A DNA stretch of 52,568 bases, filler included, from Sphacelaria rigidula (Eukaryota): the NCBI GenBank assembly GCA_964200075.2. It is 4 parts of 4 records of this genome, joined end to end, with 100 filler letters (N's around TTAATTAATTAA, not from the genome) between each part and the next. Parts side by side here need not be neighbours in the genome. Positions count along the whole stretch, not along the records: positions 1 to 13,068 come from CAXNAA020003180.1; positions 13,169 to 26,235 come from CAXNAA020003181.1; 2 more parts are not named here. One strand, 5' to 3'. The notes beneath the pieces are model-generated. The model had not been told where the DNA came from, did not search any database, and was given only the letters and a program-made list of their open reading frames with translations. The translations under genes were made by a program, and so were the position numbers. Positions 11,101 to 23,000 of this stretch are shown piece after piece (position 1 is the first letter of the stretch; the number at the start of each line of letters is the position of its first letter).

Positions 11101-12965
11101 TGAACTACATTGTCGGTAACAGGGTTATCACGAGACGGAATACCGCCGCAAAATTGAGAGGTTACTGCTGTCAAGGGTCAGTATTCCTCTGTTTGAGGCA
11201 CTGTTTGCGTCATAGCACGGGTCTTGAACCGGCTGATCCAAAACACGGACCAAGCGAAATAATCTTCATCCCCTTCGATTCAGTCCAGCCACCTCAAATG
11301 TGCACGCTTCTCGTCGCCTATTCGCGGCATCACAGACTTCCAACAAAAAAACAGGACAGCATCGCTACGCAACGAGTTCCGCCACGGCATTCCATAACTT
11401 CAGGCCAAGCGCGCTTTGAGTGCTAGTGCTTTTGATGACTGCGCCGAGCGACTTCAACGGGATGAGAGCAGCTCTACACTTCTAGTGTGTGCACACTGGA
11501 TGCGGTCAACAAGACGCGACCACGTGTTCAATATATTGAGTCAGGGGCCTGTACACCCGGGGCGAGAGTCAGACAGACCATTGACATCACAGCACCACTT
11601 CAGCGGATATAAATGTTGAGCACGTGGGTGCGACCTTGTAGGGGATGTTATTCCTGTACAACCGCGTCAGTGCAGCTGTGCAACCATGTGAACTGTACAC
11701 GCCAAGGTGGTATATCAAAACGGAGCGGCACGTACTCGTGCAGACAGGACGTAGCAGACTCGCCCCACGTTACACGAGAGGCGTTTGACGAAGGACAGCA
11801 CTTACCGCTACCCTACAGGAGAGCGATCCCGCAAAGTTGTTGTGGCGAGCGGGGGCATACCCCAATGCGGCGGACGCAAGCATGTAAATAATTGTCATCA
11901 GCCACCCACCTTCCAACGCATCGGGAAGCTCCAAGGACTCCCTTCCCTGGCGAAGCTGGGACAGCGCTTGAGCGAATGGCACCATGCCCACCGGGAGGAA
12001 GCAAAGTTCATCGCAGGTAAATGCAACAAGCAAAGGACCCCTTCCCCCGTCCGAGGCATGCGCGGTACTGAGCCATTGAAGCAAATTGTCGGAGCTTTCG
12101 TAGTCCTGGGCTGCGGTGGGGGGTGCAAGATGCTAAGCGCCGTGGTTCAGCTAGTGGATGGTGCTGACACTACAACTGGCCTGGCGAGTGAAGGCCCGAC
12201 TTACAATTGGAACAGTAACAGTAGCCTCTCCTGGCATCGACGGAGTTGCGACAACTTGGTACCATTGATTGACCGACGGCACCTTGGTGGGGTGATTTCG
12301 TCGTGATGATGTACGGTAAGCCGAGTTGTTAGGAGTCGACAAAACTGACCGCTGTTGCCAATGACCGCGAGGAAAGGTTGATGGTTGTGACTTGCGGGTG
12401 AGGAACGTAGGGTGTACGATATACGGCACTGTGAGGTAGGTCGCGTTGTTCATCATCGATACGCCTACTTGTAAAACTCGGAGAAATAGGAAGGGGGAAG
12501 GAGGCGTGCTTGCTATAAGCTAGCTGACAACATATTTTTATTTTGCATGCGCATGCGCGCAGTCAGCTATGCTTGTTCTCCTGACCATGGGCAGTCCACA
12601 GCAGAGAATCAGCTGTGCAGCCCACTGGATACAATCAGCTGCACTTCAGGTTGAAAAACCACCCACCCCAATGTGATCACCACCTCTTTCTCACATCTCT
12701 CTGGCACGTCTGGGCAGAGTGATATGTGGAGAATGAAATAAGTACCCGCGATGCGTGCGTCCTTTAGCTCCCTGCTCGAAAGCTCAAAGTTGGACGGATG
12801 GCGGTAGAAGGTGTTCATAAATGAATGCGTCGATCCCGTCGAGCCAAGTGAACAACAACAATACTCTGTCAGTGAAACTATCTGAACAGTTTCTTTCGCT
12901 TAAACCTTAGACCCACTTTTATGGCAAACGAATCTCGATTTTTTGGGACCCCGATTTCGAAAAAA

Positions 12966-13068
12966 TCCAAGGGTCGGACAAATAATGATTCGTTTGGAAA
13001 TTACTTGGTTTTAGTTTGATGGGTCGACTCGTGACGAATCAACCCCTAGGCTTTATTTCAGCGTTGCA
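12966..13068 (-). repeat. Family E fragment next to a gap
   Basis: Reverse complement matches 29606-29712 (ACTAAAACCAAGTAATTTCCA..CGAATCATT..TTGTCCGACCCTTGGA). Confidence 0.8.
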
Positions 13069-13168
13069 NNNNNNNNNNNNNNNNNNNNNNNNNNNNNNNN
13101 NNNNNNNNNNNNTTAATTAATTAANNNNNNNNNNNNNNNNNNNNNNNNNNNNNNNNNNNNNNNNNNNN
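13069..13168. other. Artificial scaffold gap/linker
   Basis: N44-TTAATTAATTAA-N44, exactly 100 bp. Confidence 0.97.
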
Positions 13169-13238
13169 AAACGACGTAAAAGCTCCAAGAAGACATTTTT
13201 CCGGGTTTTTATTTTTGTCTATTATAGGAAGCGGCCTA
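13169..13238. mobile_element. Terminal fragment of the 28610-29093 foldback family, cut by a scaffold gap
   Basis: AAACGACGTAAAAGCTCCAAG...TTGTCTATTATAGGAAGCGGCCT aligns with the reverse complement of 28610-28680. Confidence 0.75.
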
Positions 13239-16200
13239 AGTTATTACACTCAAAATTTGTACAAATCAATCACACCATTCGTACATAAGTTGTGATTCGT
13301 GAATGTTTTGGGTTCGTGAGTTGTGTGACAATATACTTGGAGTGTATACATTCCCAGTTCGTGATTCGTGCCGTACACCGCGACGAATATTGTACACGCT
13401 TCGTGCCCTACACTCGTATAGTATGAATCATAAGGGTACGTACACGTTTATTCCAACACCCACCGTGTATCGGTAGAAGTGGGGGTTTCGGGAATACATC
13501 ACGCCTTTTTCGTGTGTTTCAGAGAGGAGAGCACATTCTTCACCGTGAGCGTATACACAGCACGTCATCTCACGGCAACAATCGTGGACTAAATAGTTGC
13601 GATCGACAAGTCTACGATACTACTTTGGACGGACGCTCGTGATGGTCTCCGGAAGAATGTATCTACATCACACATCATCACGCCGACGTCTCTTCTCGAG
13701 TTGAAATCCAAAACGCCATGATAGGTCGATAAGTCGCCATACAGTACACAAAGCCGGCAGTCCAATCCTTTGTCGGCATGCAGTGCATGCAGGTGCCCAG
13801 CGCCGTTGTTTGGTTCATCATGAGGGGCTACATTTATCGCGACTGACCCTCCAACAAGCATCGGCAGATGAAGGATGAGATCATCCAATGACTTCATGAA
13901 CATATGCATCGTATTCGTTCCTGATGCTACACATGAACGGATAGATATATCTAGGCGTCCAAAAGGGCTCAAGTGCGGGGCTCTCGTATGCATGGACACA
14001 ATCACGTGAAGCGGGCGACGAATGAAGCAGTAATGTCAACCGTGGCGCCGCCATATCATGCGGGCAAAAAACTGGAGTGTACTCGCCCGTCGATTGATTC
14101 ATAGCCACTAACACAACGAGAGCCAACACTCGTGTGTGTTGCGCTGGTTTACACCCACGCTCTTCTACGGCGTCATTTCAGCACAATAGTAATATCATAG
14201 AATATCCCCAAATCTCAAGCGCCGGGCCGCCTTCCCGAGCACGCAACACACGCAACACATCAAACAAGAGCTGAAAGAGAAGAAACATACTGACCAACAT
14301 CCTTCATTTTTGTTTGCAATCCATGACACGCAAAAGTACGACCAGTTGGCCTGACGGGTACTGCTGACACCTGCAGCGAGAGCGAAGAACTGCGCAACAA
14401 CAATATCACAACACAGCACGGAATTGAGGGCGTCCTTCAAGTCATGATAATTGTGAGACTTGAAGATGACTCTTGACTAGACCTGTGCAGCCATCAACCT
14501 AGCCAAGGCAGAAGAAGACGAGGTACACCACGCGAAACCTCTTTCCCGATTTTCTTCAGTATTTATTTCAAAGTAACGGACGCAAATACAAACCACCGCC
14601 AAAACTAAACGGGACGACACAGCGGTCCGCGCCGTGCACAAGCGCTGAGCCACCAACTCGCAGCGTTCCAAGACGTGGAGGAGCAAAGTGCAACCGCCCG
14701 TTAAACGGACGGTACACACTTCACCGCCACGCCACACCGTTGACGTTCAGGGAGGTCCATGGCCATGCCAACAAGAGAAAAGGCACGCGGGCAAAGTCAT
14801 TCTGTAATACGCCACCGTTTGATCGTGAGCCATGACACAAAACACACCTGGACGAACCAAACGCAACTATACTAGGGGCCAAGACGAACGTTTTTTGCAA
14901 CAACGCGCGGATCACGAGAGGAGGAGGAAGCAAACGACATCCACAAATACGATGGAAAGCGAAAACACTCACACGCAACAAACCTCGCCCATCGCTGGAT
15001 GATAACAATACACGACACCACAACACCACAACTCAATTGGCCCATGGCTCCCGGTCTTCGGCGAAAAGCATTTTGGGCAAATCCTAAAATTGTCCCCTCG
15101 TTCAACCCCCCCTCGTGAGCACACGAAACCACGTATTCAAGGTTTCGAGTGACTGGCATTGCGATATTTTTTGTCAACATAGCAAAAGCCAACAACTTAA
15201 TTGCCTCACTATCCCCCTTTCAAAACAGCAAAATCAGGTGCCGCAGTCACAACCCCACACCCGCAACATGGCCAAGCCAACGCGCTTCATGCCAGAAATT
15301 CAGGAAATTCCAAAAAGATATAAAGATATGACGATTGTACGTGCATGCGACACCCGCGCCAGCCAGCGGCAGCCAACACATGCCTTCGCGTAAGTTACGA
15401 TTGACTGACACTTGTTTCGCTGTCAAAAACTCAAAATTGTCACAAGCCACTAGACGGCTCACCGGTCCCTGACTCCGATCATGAGCCCTTGCGATTCCCC
15501 GATTGGACCTTCGCTTTTTCTGGGACGCAAAAAAATTCCGGAACTGCTCGTCGAAATGGCCACAGAGCGCTCGCAGCTGGGTAACAGAACACGCAACAGA
15601 AACTGAACTCCCCTGCAGGAATCCAGAGCTCTTTCCCCGACTAGAACCCACTGTGCACTTGGCGCACTGATACCGCACCTCGAATACAGTTCGAGGGTTT
15701 ACGGTACACCATGAAAATCTTTGGTGGGGCAGTAGTGCCCCCAAAATTTCGGTTGGCGTTCTCGACAAAATAAAAAACCAACATTCACGAACCTGTTTCT
15801 TCCATCGCGACCAAACACACAGTGATCCAATCTGCAGGGCATTTTCGCCCACACTGCTCCTCTCACCCGCCACCCCTGTCTACGTGGTCAAGTGTGGAAA
15901 CCCCTTCCCCCCGTCCGACGCGTGACAAAATCAACTTTAGAACATAAAACAGCAAGACTCCCCAACGAGAATGGAGGAACGAACTCGCGCTCCGTGGAGC
16001 GAGCGCGCTGGATGTCGTTGTTTCTTTAACGTACACGAAAATGGTAAACTACACAAGGGGTGTAAAAAAATGGACCACACCCGTCGGAGACCCAAAGCCC
16101 GTAGGCGTGAGTGCCATCAAATGCTTCTACAATGGGCAGGTAGCACAACAAACGGTAAAATCCAAACGATACTGTATATCTCCTCTTTCTCATTGATGCC

Positions 16201-16387
16201 TATCAAAATAGCTCGAGTGACACTCTCAGAAGGGGGGGGGGGGGGGCACGGATGAAGGACGAAAATCATCCAAGCACAAAACACGCGTTGTTATTCCGTC
16301 ATGTTCCAGTCCGCCACAACCAATCCTCACCCGACAAGGAATAACAAAAACATATTCACGTATGACACACAAATGTACTACTATATA

Positions 16388-17029
16388 CTAAGGATGCCTG
16401 ACAAAATCAAAGCCGAGTAGCTCGCGCTTGAACAAGCTGTCCTTGTCTGCTACTCCGCGCAACTCCTGCTGCTCGCTGCCCCACTGGACACGCTGCCTTG
16501 TGTATTCCCTCGCGAAGTTCCCGACCATTCCCTTCCCAAACGCCCCTGGTTTCAAAGGAGCAGGCGTTTCCCTCCTGAGCAACGCCTCCCAGTCCATCCC
16601 GCTGAAGAACGGGTGTTCGCGAACCTCATTCCACCCGGAACTAGCCACTTCCCTCGAACCGTTCTTTTGGTTGCTCCCGTCCTTGCTGGCGCCAGAGCCT
16701 GCTGCGCTGCTGTCGCTTCCCACAAGAGATACTGAGGCTGATCTGTTTTCCTCGCCATCGATGACACTGGAGGAGGCTGTGTTAGCCTTTGTGGTGGCGG
16801 TAGAAGTTGAATCGTTTTCATTCTTGCTGACGCTGCTGGCTTCGGACGTACGCGAACGGCAGCCCAATCGCAAGCCCGCATCCGGATGCAAGAGGTCTCT
16901 GATGAAGGATTTGGCGACGGGCTCTATCGATCGCGGGTACGAGATTTCACCGGCCAGGATGAGAGCCACCGTTTGGTCGGTGGAGCGCCCGGGAGGTCCC
17001 GACCTCGGCGTCCAAAATGGAGAATGACC
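16388..17029 (-). CDS. AGC kinase exon 4 (subdomains X-XI plus AGC C-tail)
   Basis: Pyrimidine tract plus CCCCAG|GGTCAT acceptor; GHSPF...RLG...HPFF...GFDFVRHP*. Confidence 0.92.
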   Translation of the reverse strand, partial: GHSPFWTPRSGPPGRSTDQTVALILAGEISYPRSIEPVAKSFIRDLLHPDAGLRLGCRSRTSEASSVSKNENDSTSTATTKANTASSSVIDGEENRSASVSLVGSDSSAAGSGASKDGSNQKNGSREVASSGWNEVREHPFFSGMDWEALLRRETPAPLKPGAFGKGMVGNFAREYTRQRVQWGSEQQELRGVADKDSLFKRELLGFDFVRHP

Positions 17030-20000
17030 CTGGGGTAAGCGAGAGGAGGGAGGGGAAGGCAACCGAAGCTTTCAAGCGAGACTTCCGGCGACTGGTGTAC
17101 TTTCAAACAATAACACATCCGCGCTCTGCAGCACAGAGGCTCTCGCTGTATATATCGCATTTCGCATCGCAGTAAAATTGACAGCAAGCCAACGCTTCCG
17201 GCTGATATCATGTGGTACACGGGTGACGAGGAAACGACCGGGGAAAAATCAAAACAAAACAGGAACTTTAAAGGGCTATACCCATCCTCTCATGACTAAA
17301 AGATACAGCAAAAACCTACCGAGTATGGTCATTTCAAATTCCGTACGTACCGCGTAGAGTTCGAAGAGGAAGCAACCGAACTGCCAGTAATCCACGGAAA
17401 AGCCGTAGGGCTTTCGTAGAACCATCTCAGGCGCCAAGTACGCTCGGGTACCGCACACAGTTGTCGTCCGCGCCGCGTCTTCTCCGACGCCCAGGATCTT
17501 GCTTAGGCCCATATCGGCCAGGCGAAGGTGCCCGTTCGCGTCAACGAGGATGTTTTCGGGCTGTTTTCCGAATCACATCGACCAAAAGAATGCAAGCATG
17601 GGATGGTGGAGGGCGGAGGGAGAGGGGATCATCAGTGCCATCGTATGAATGGCACAGAAACTTCTCGCGCAAGTCCTGCTGCCTGGTGGATTACTTCGTA
17701 CCCTCCTCCATCAGAACAGTGATGCAGGGACCAGTTCTTTTCACTGTCCTCAAATCGGATTGTGTTCCATATCGTGACGTGGGGTCTACCAATGGAGACT
17801 GCAATGGGGGATGACGGTTGTAATTGATTGTGCTATTACGCCTTTGTGGTGCGCCTTCTGCCACGTGGTCAACCAGTTGAGGTCGATTGTGCCACCATAT
17901 TGTGATGCGCTTTGCCATTACGTTCAACCATCAGCACGCAGATATCCACGAGTCCATCGGATCAAAATATCATTATTGTAGAGACATGCTGCCTCAAAAC
18001 CGGCGTCTTGCAAGCACGCGGCAAGACCCACACAGCATCTCCAACTTCACGCAACAAACAGCATCAATTTAATAGGTAAAGTACAGGTGCCGTACCGGAC
18101 TCACCACGCCGACGCGCAAGACTGGTCGGACCACGTGACACAAGAAAGAAATCAATTCACGTGTCACCGCTACAGTACGCGCAAGTTCATCGTCAGTCGG
18201 GGTGCCTGCTACGTACCCTTGTGCCACGATAGGGATCCTGCTAAATCAACAAACTGCCATGAGATGGTGACACATCAAACACAAACACACCTTGAGGTCT
18301 CGGTAACAGATGCCGTGCGCGTGAAGATGCTGGAGCGCAAGTGCCACCTGTCCACCGTAGACCCGCGCAGAGACCATGTCCATCTTGATGTACTGCCTCC
18401 GAAACAGTTCAAACAGGTCTGCACCGGGCAGGAAGTCCAACCCGTAGTACAAGAAGTTGCCGCTGCGCCAAGCACACTGCAGTGTAACAACGAACGGGTG
18501 CTCCTCCAGACAACCCAGGATCTGGCGTTCGTTCAGCACCCCGGGAAGCGACGTTCCCTTTTGCAGGGCCACCTCCTTCACAGCTAGAAACTTCACACCT
18601 CTACTCCCATCACGCCTCATTCCCGTCGTGTTGCCTGACGAGCTGCTGACCATCCTCTGGGACTTCGCTCTCCCGTGGTTGCTTTGGCCATTGCTGCCTC
18701 TGCCGGGCACGGCATTGGTTTCTTGGGTGTGATCGCTCTCGGTACCCTCCTCGGCGACTCTGGCGGGAACGCTAGACAGAGACGAAGACCGGGCCAGCGG
18801 GCCGCGCAAATTTCGCGATGACAGGGATGATAGAGATGTTGTTCTCCCCGCTGTTGCTTCTATTCCATCACTGGACTTGCGCTTGTCCCATCGGACAAGC
18901 AGAACTTTCCCGAAGTGACCCTCGCCGATCACTGATATGGGCTTAAAGTCCTGCGCATTCCGAGTCAGCGAGTTACGACGGAGCACGCGAAAGACCCGTG
19001 TGAAAAATTGAAAGCCTCATCCGGGGCAGTAGGGCGCGTGGCCGTTGTGAGTTTCACGGCCCTGAGCGGGGTGGGTATTTGAAGCCACGTGAGGGGGATA
19101 AAAGCCTCAACCCTAGACGGCTAGAGTAGTTCATCTGTTGAATCAGATTCGCAATCACTAGAAAAAAAGTATGCACGATCCACGCAGATTACCCGCGCTG
19201 TCCAAGCGTTCATCGCGCAAAGTCAATCGCTACACATAGTGGTCTGCCACACGATATCTTTTTATGGGTGGGAGGTGAGGTAGTGCGAGGAAAAACGCGA
19301 ATGAGCGCTCGAACTCACTGCATGATTTAACACAGAGGCGCACGCTGGGCTCATGTCCTTCGCTTCCTCGGCAGTTCGTGTGAGGGGTCAAGGCAACGAT
19401 TGTCTTACAAGGCAAAAGTTTCCCACGCGTCGGCACAAGCAAGCTCACTGATATTTTTCTTCAATTTCGGGCCGTGACGACAACAACGCCCCGTTGCTGC
19501 GGTACATCCATGACCACAGACAAACACTGTTGTACCTCGAAAGTACACGCAAGGAAGCTTCCGTGCGATACACCAAGGTAAAACGTTGAGGAATATTAAA
19601 ATGATGACTGCCTCTCTGGCTAAGCTTTTGACCCTCAAACTGCGAGGGCAGGCCACCTGCTGTATCATGACCAATGTCAGTTGAAAAAGTGTACGTGATC
19701 CAGGTGGACAACCCGTATCACTGTCTTGGGGTGAAATAACTCGTATAATGTTCACACCAGCCGGGTTATTCAAGCGCTTGGGGGGAAGCACGAGACGCTG
19801 GGATTCCTGAGTCGCGCACGGATAGCCCCGGATATTGAGGATCTCCGAAATTCATCTGTCACGCCGACTCGAAGAAAAGCCAAGAGTTCATGACTGAAAA
19901 ACACCACGTGGTAGCCATTCCTCGTTAACCAGCCGAGCCGACTGGACTCCCGGAAACATGGTGTTTGCACGCAAGGGCCTTGTGGTGAATCGGCATCATT

Positions 20001-23000
20001 TTTACTTGAAAACGACTGACGAGGATACCGAGTATCAAAAAGACCCCTGCGTGCAAACATCATGTTTCTGGCAGTCCGGTTCCAAAAGAGTTAAACGGCA
20101 CCACGCAAGTTTGCAGTAGTGGTGTACGGTAGAAGCTGGGTTGACGACCGCGAGCCCCGGAGATGGAGAGTCTCCGAAATTCATCTGTCACGCCGACACA
20201 AGCAGAAGCCAAAAGAACACTGAAAAACACCAGGTGGCAGCCGTTCTTCGCTGACCAGCCAAGCGGCGGTTTAAACGGCACCACGCAAGTTTGTGGTAGA
20301 GGTGTGCGATAGAAGTTGGGTTGACGACCGCGGCCCGCGAGGCGCTAATGCTACCCATCCAGTGTACATGTGCATTCCGATGGAATAAGATCGGCTGGGA
20401 AGGAGGGCTACCAAGTACAGTGAGTAAGAACTTTGACGTAACAGACACTTCGTGACATGAAAAAGAAAGAACACAAGACCATAATATCATGAAGGGCTGG
20501 TCGTTAGAAACTATGGCACACGAAGCTCATAATTTATCATTTGACCCTTGACCCTTAGACCGCGATGTTAGTCTTCTGTTGAATCGGTATCAATTTCAAG
20601 TGGGAAAAGGTATGCATGATCCAGAAAGACTAATCTCGCGATCTAAGGGTTAGCCCTCAACGCGGTGCGGGTAGTCCATCTGAATAACGCATACTTTTTT
20701 CAAGTGAATGTTGATGCCGATTCAGCAGGTGATGACCTACACTCGGGGTCAAAGGGGGTTGATCACAGGTTGTACAGGTGCGAGAGGAGAGCAAGTACGA
20801 GAAACGGTCGGACATTTCAATATTTCTTGCGAAGCGGTTCGCTCCATCTCTTACCCGCCTTGGAGGGGGCGTACCCCCGACAAGGGGAGGTGGGGGGAAA
20901 ACAGCAACATAATCGCTCTGGTTCCAATACCGAGCTTATCTAGAGAATAATATCAGCATTTCGGTGCCTCGCCTCTGTAGGGTTCACACATGAGGGCTTG
21001 ATCGCCAAATAGATGACCGGTTGGCTGTTCCCACGGCAATATGTTTTTTACGATTGGGAGTCAGGTGTAGTTTTTACGCAATACCTTTTCCACCGAAGCC
21101 ATGTGGCAGAGGCTAGCCATTTTTTCCCTCCCAACTTCTAATTTGTTGTTCGTATCGTTTCTTTAATTTTTTCTCTTCAAATATGTTGGTCCCTTATACT
21201 TTTTACCCATGTTTTCTCCACTTGTCTTCGAGGTGTTTCCACTATTTTTCTCCGATAGCTCCATGATCTCATCATACCACGACTGGATTCCTTGGAAGGA
21301 ACCACAGTATTGTGTGCGTCAATCGATCACGAAATTGAATCAAGAATATTGTTCCAGACTACCTTAGGTACGCATCGAGGTGAGCTATAACACGCACAGC
21401 AGTAGTAGCGTATCTACGACATGCGCTTCAATCAATTCTTCTTTTACAGGAGGGACATGGGCAGTGTGGCAATCTCGATGTATGAATATGATTCAACAGC
21501 AGGCCATGACATACTTCCGCGTTATGTTTCTGTTTGGGACAGGTAACAGGCAGAGACGACCACCAGCGAATAAGTCGCTAGTACTGCATACAGTACTTGA
21601 GTTTGACAAGTCCTCCTTTCGTTGATGTGAAGTAGGAATATCAAGCTGCTGTATTCATGACTGTTGACGTTGTGAACAAGGACCCCCGGACTACAACCAA
21701 ACGGAACAAGAATGCCTCGAGTGAACGTCCAGAAAAAAGTGTGTATTCGGAGACCGGAGACCACCCCTATAATACAGCCAGCCTTGTGTTCGGCAAGCGA
21801 CATAACAGCAATGCTGCAAACGCGGTGTGATTGCAGGGAAGAAGAAAGATAACATGTTAAACTCGAATACTTTACACGGAGCCACCTGCTACACTCCAGC
21901 TGAGTACCGTATCCGTACGGTTCAGTGCAGCGGGCAACCCATCGATCACTGGCATCAGTCAATACAACTCTCAGAAGAATAAATATGTCACCAAAATATA
22001 TTCGCCACTTCTTGGCTAAAAATAGGAACGGTGAAGAACAGAAACCAGGGTCTGTTTTTGTGCTGACCTTTTTCCTGTATTGTGCCCGAAATTGCCGAGA
22101 TGCCTGAGCACTGGAGGGAGGCAGTATTTACGTACACATGACCCGGGTGATCGCAACCTTCGTGTCTTGACCAGCAGAAAAACGGTGTGACGCTCATCTC
22201 CTGAGAGGCGACCATCTCATCATGGAAAATACTCTTGCCGTTCATCAAACACGACCTCACAACCGAAAAAGTTACTGATTTCTCTTCGGTATCACTGTTG
22301 CCTGTTATGCATCACACGTATGACGCAGGGTATCCATCTCGATTCGTAACTACAGTAATTACTGAATACTGGGCGTATTTGACTCTGGGACAGACTACCC
22401 GTGTAACAACCATAATACAGGATGGCGCAGGCATCCGGGCAGTACCACAGCGTTTGACATCATGACCTCGCAGCAGATATCTTCATTGGCACATTCCCAT
22501 CACGTTGTACACCCATCCGTCGTTGGCCGGCGTACGTACTTTCGATCTCCTTCGACTACATCCCGCGTACCAGCATTCAGACATCTACTTCCCGTTGTAC
22601 GCACACGCGCGGCGCATGTACAAGAAACAAACGCACATATTTTAGAGCAGACTACAGAAAGAAGCAAAACTAGATAAATACATTAAGCTCACCTTTTGCT
22701 TGACACAGTGCCGAGCACGGTCCAAAGCTGAAATCCATTTTTCCCTTTCTGCAGCCGACGCCGCGGCAAGCACTAGAGTCTTCCTCTTACCCGCTCCAAA
22801 CTCCACGCCGAATGCAAAGACTCCTTTCTTGGACAGCGCAGGCAACTCCGACACCCGCTCAGCACCCGCAATATCCGCACTCCAATGCCACTCCCCCGCC
22901 TGCCCCGAAGGCTTCTGATAAGCGGTGGGGTGAATGATTCTCTGGGCGATTGACGCAAAAGTTACACCACCCGTACCGCTGCCACTTCCGCTGTTGCTGC

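Noticed and set aside
11600..12830. Overlapping 100-170 aa ORFs
   Set aside because: No recognisable motifs or convincing splice pairs
13113..13124. TTAATTAATTAA as a biological palindrome or piggyBac site
   Set aside because: It is identical in all three N-runs and is an assembly linker
15247..15873. 208-aa minus-strand ORF
   Set aside because: No recognisable motif, non-ATG start, and it overlaps repeat-like sequence
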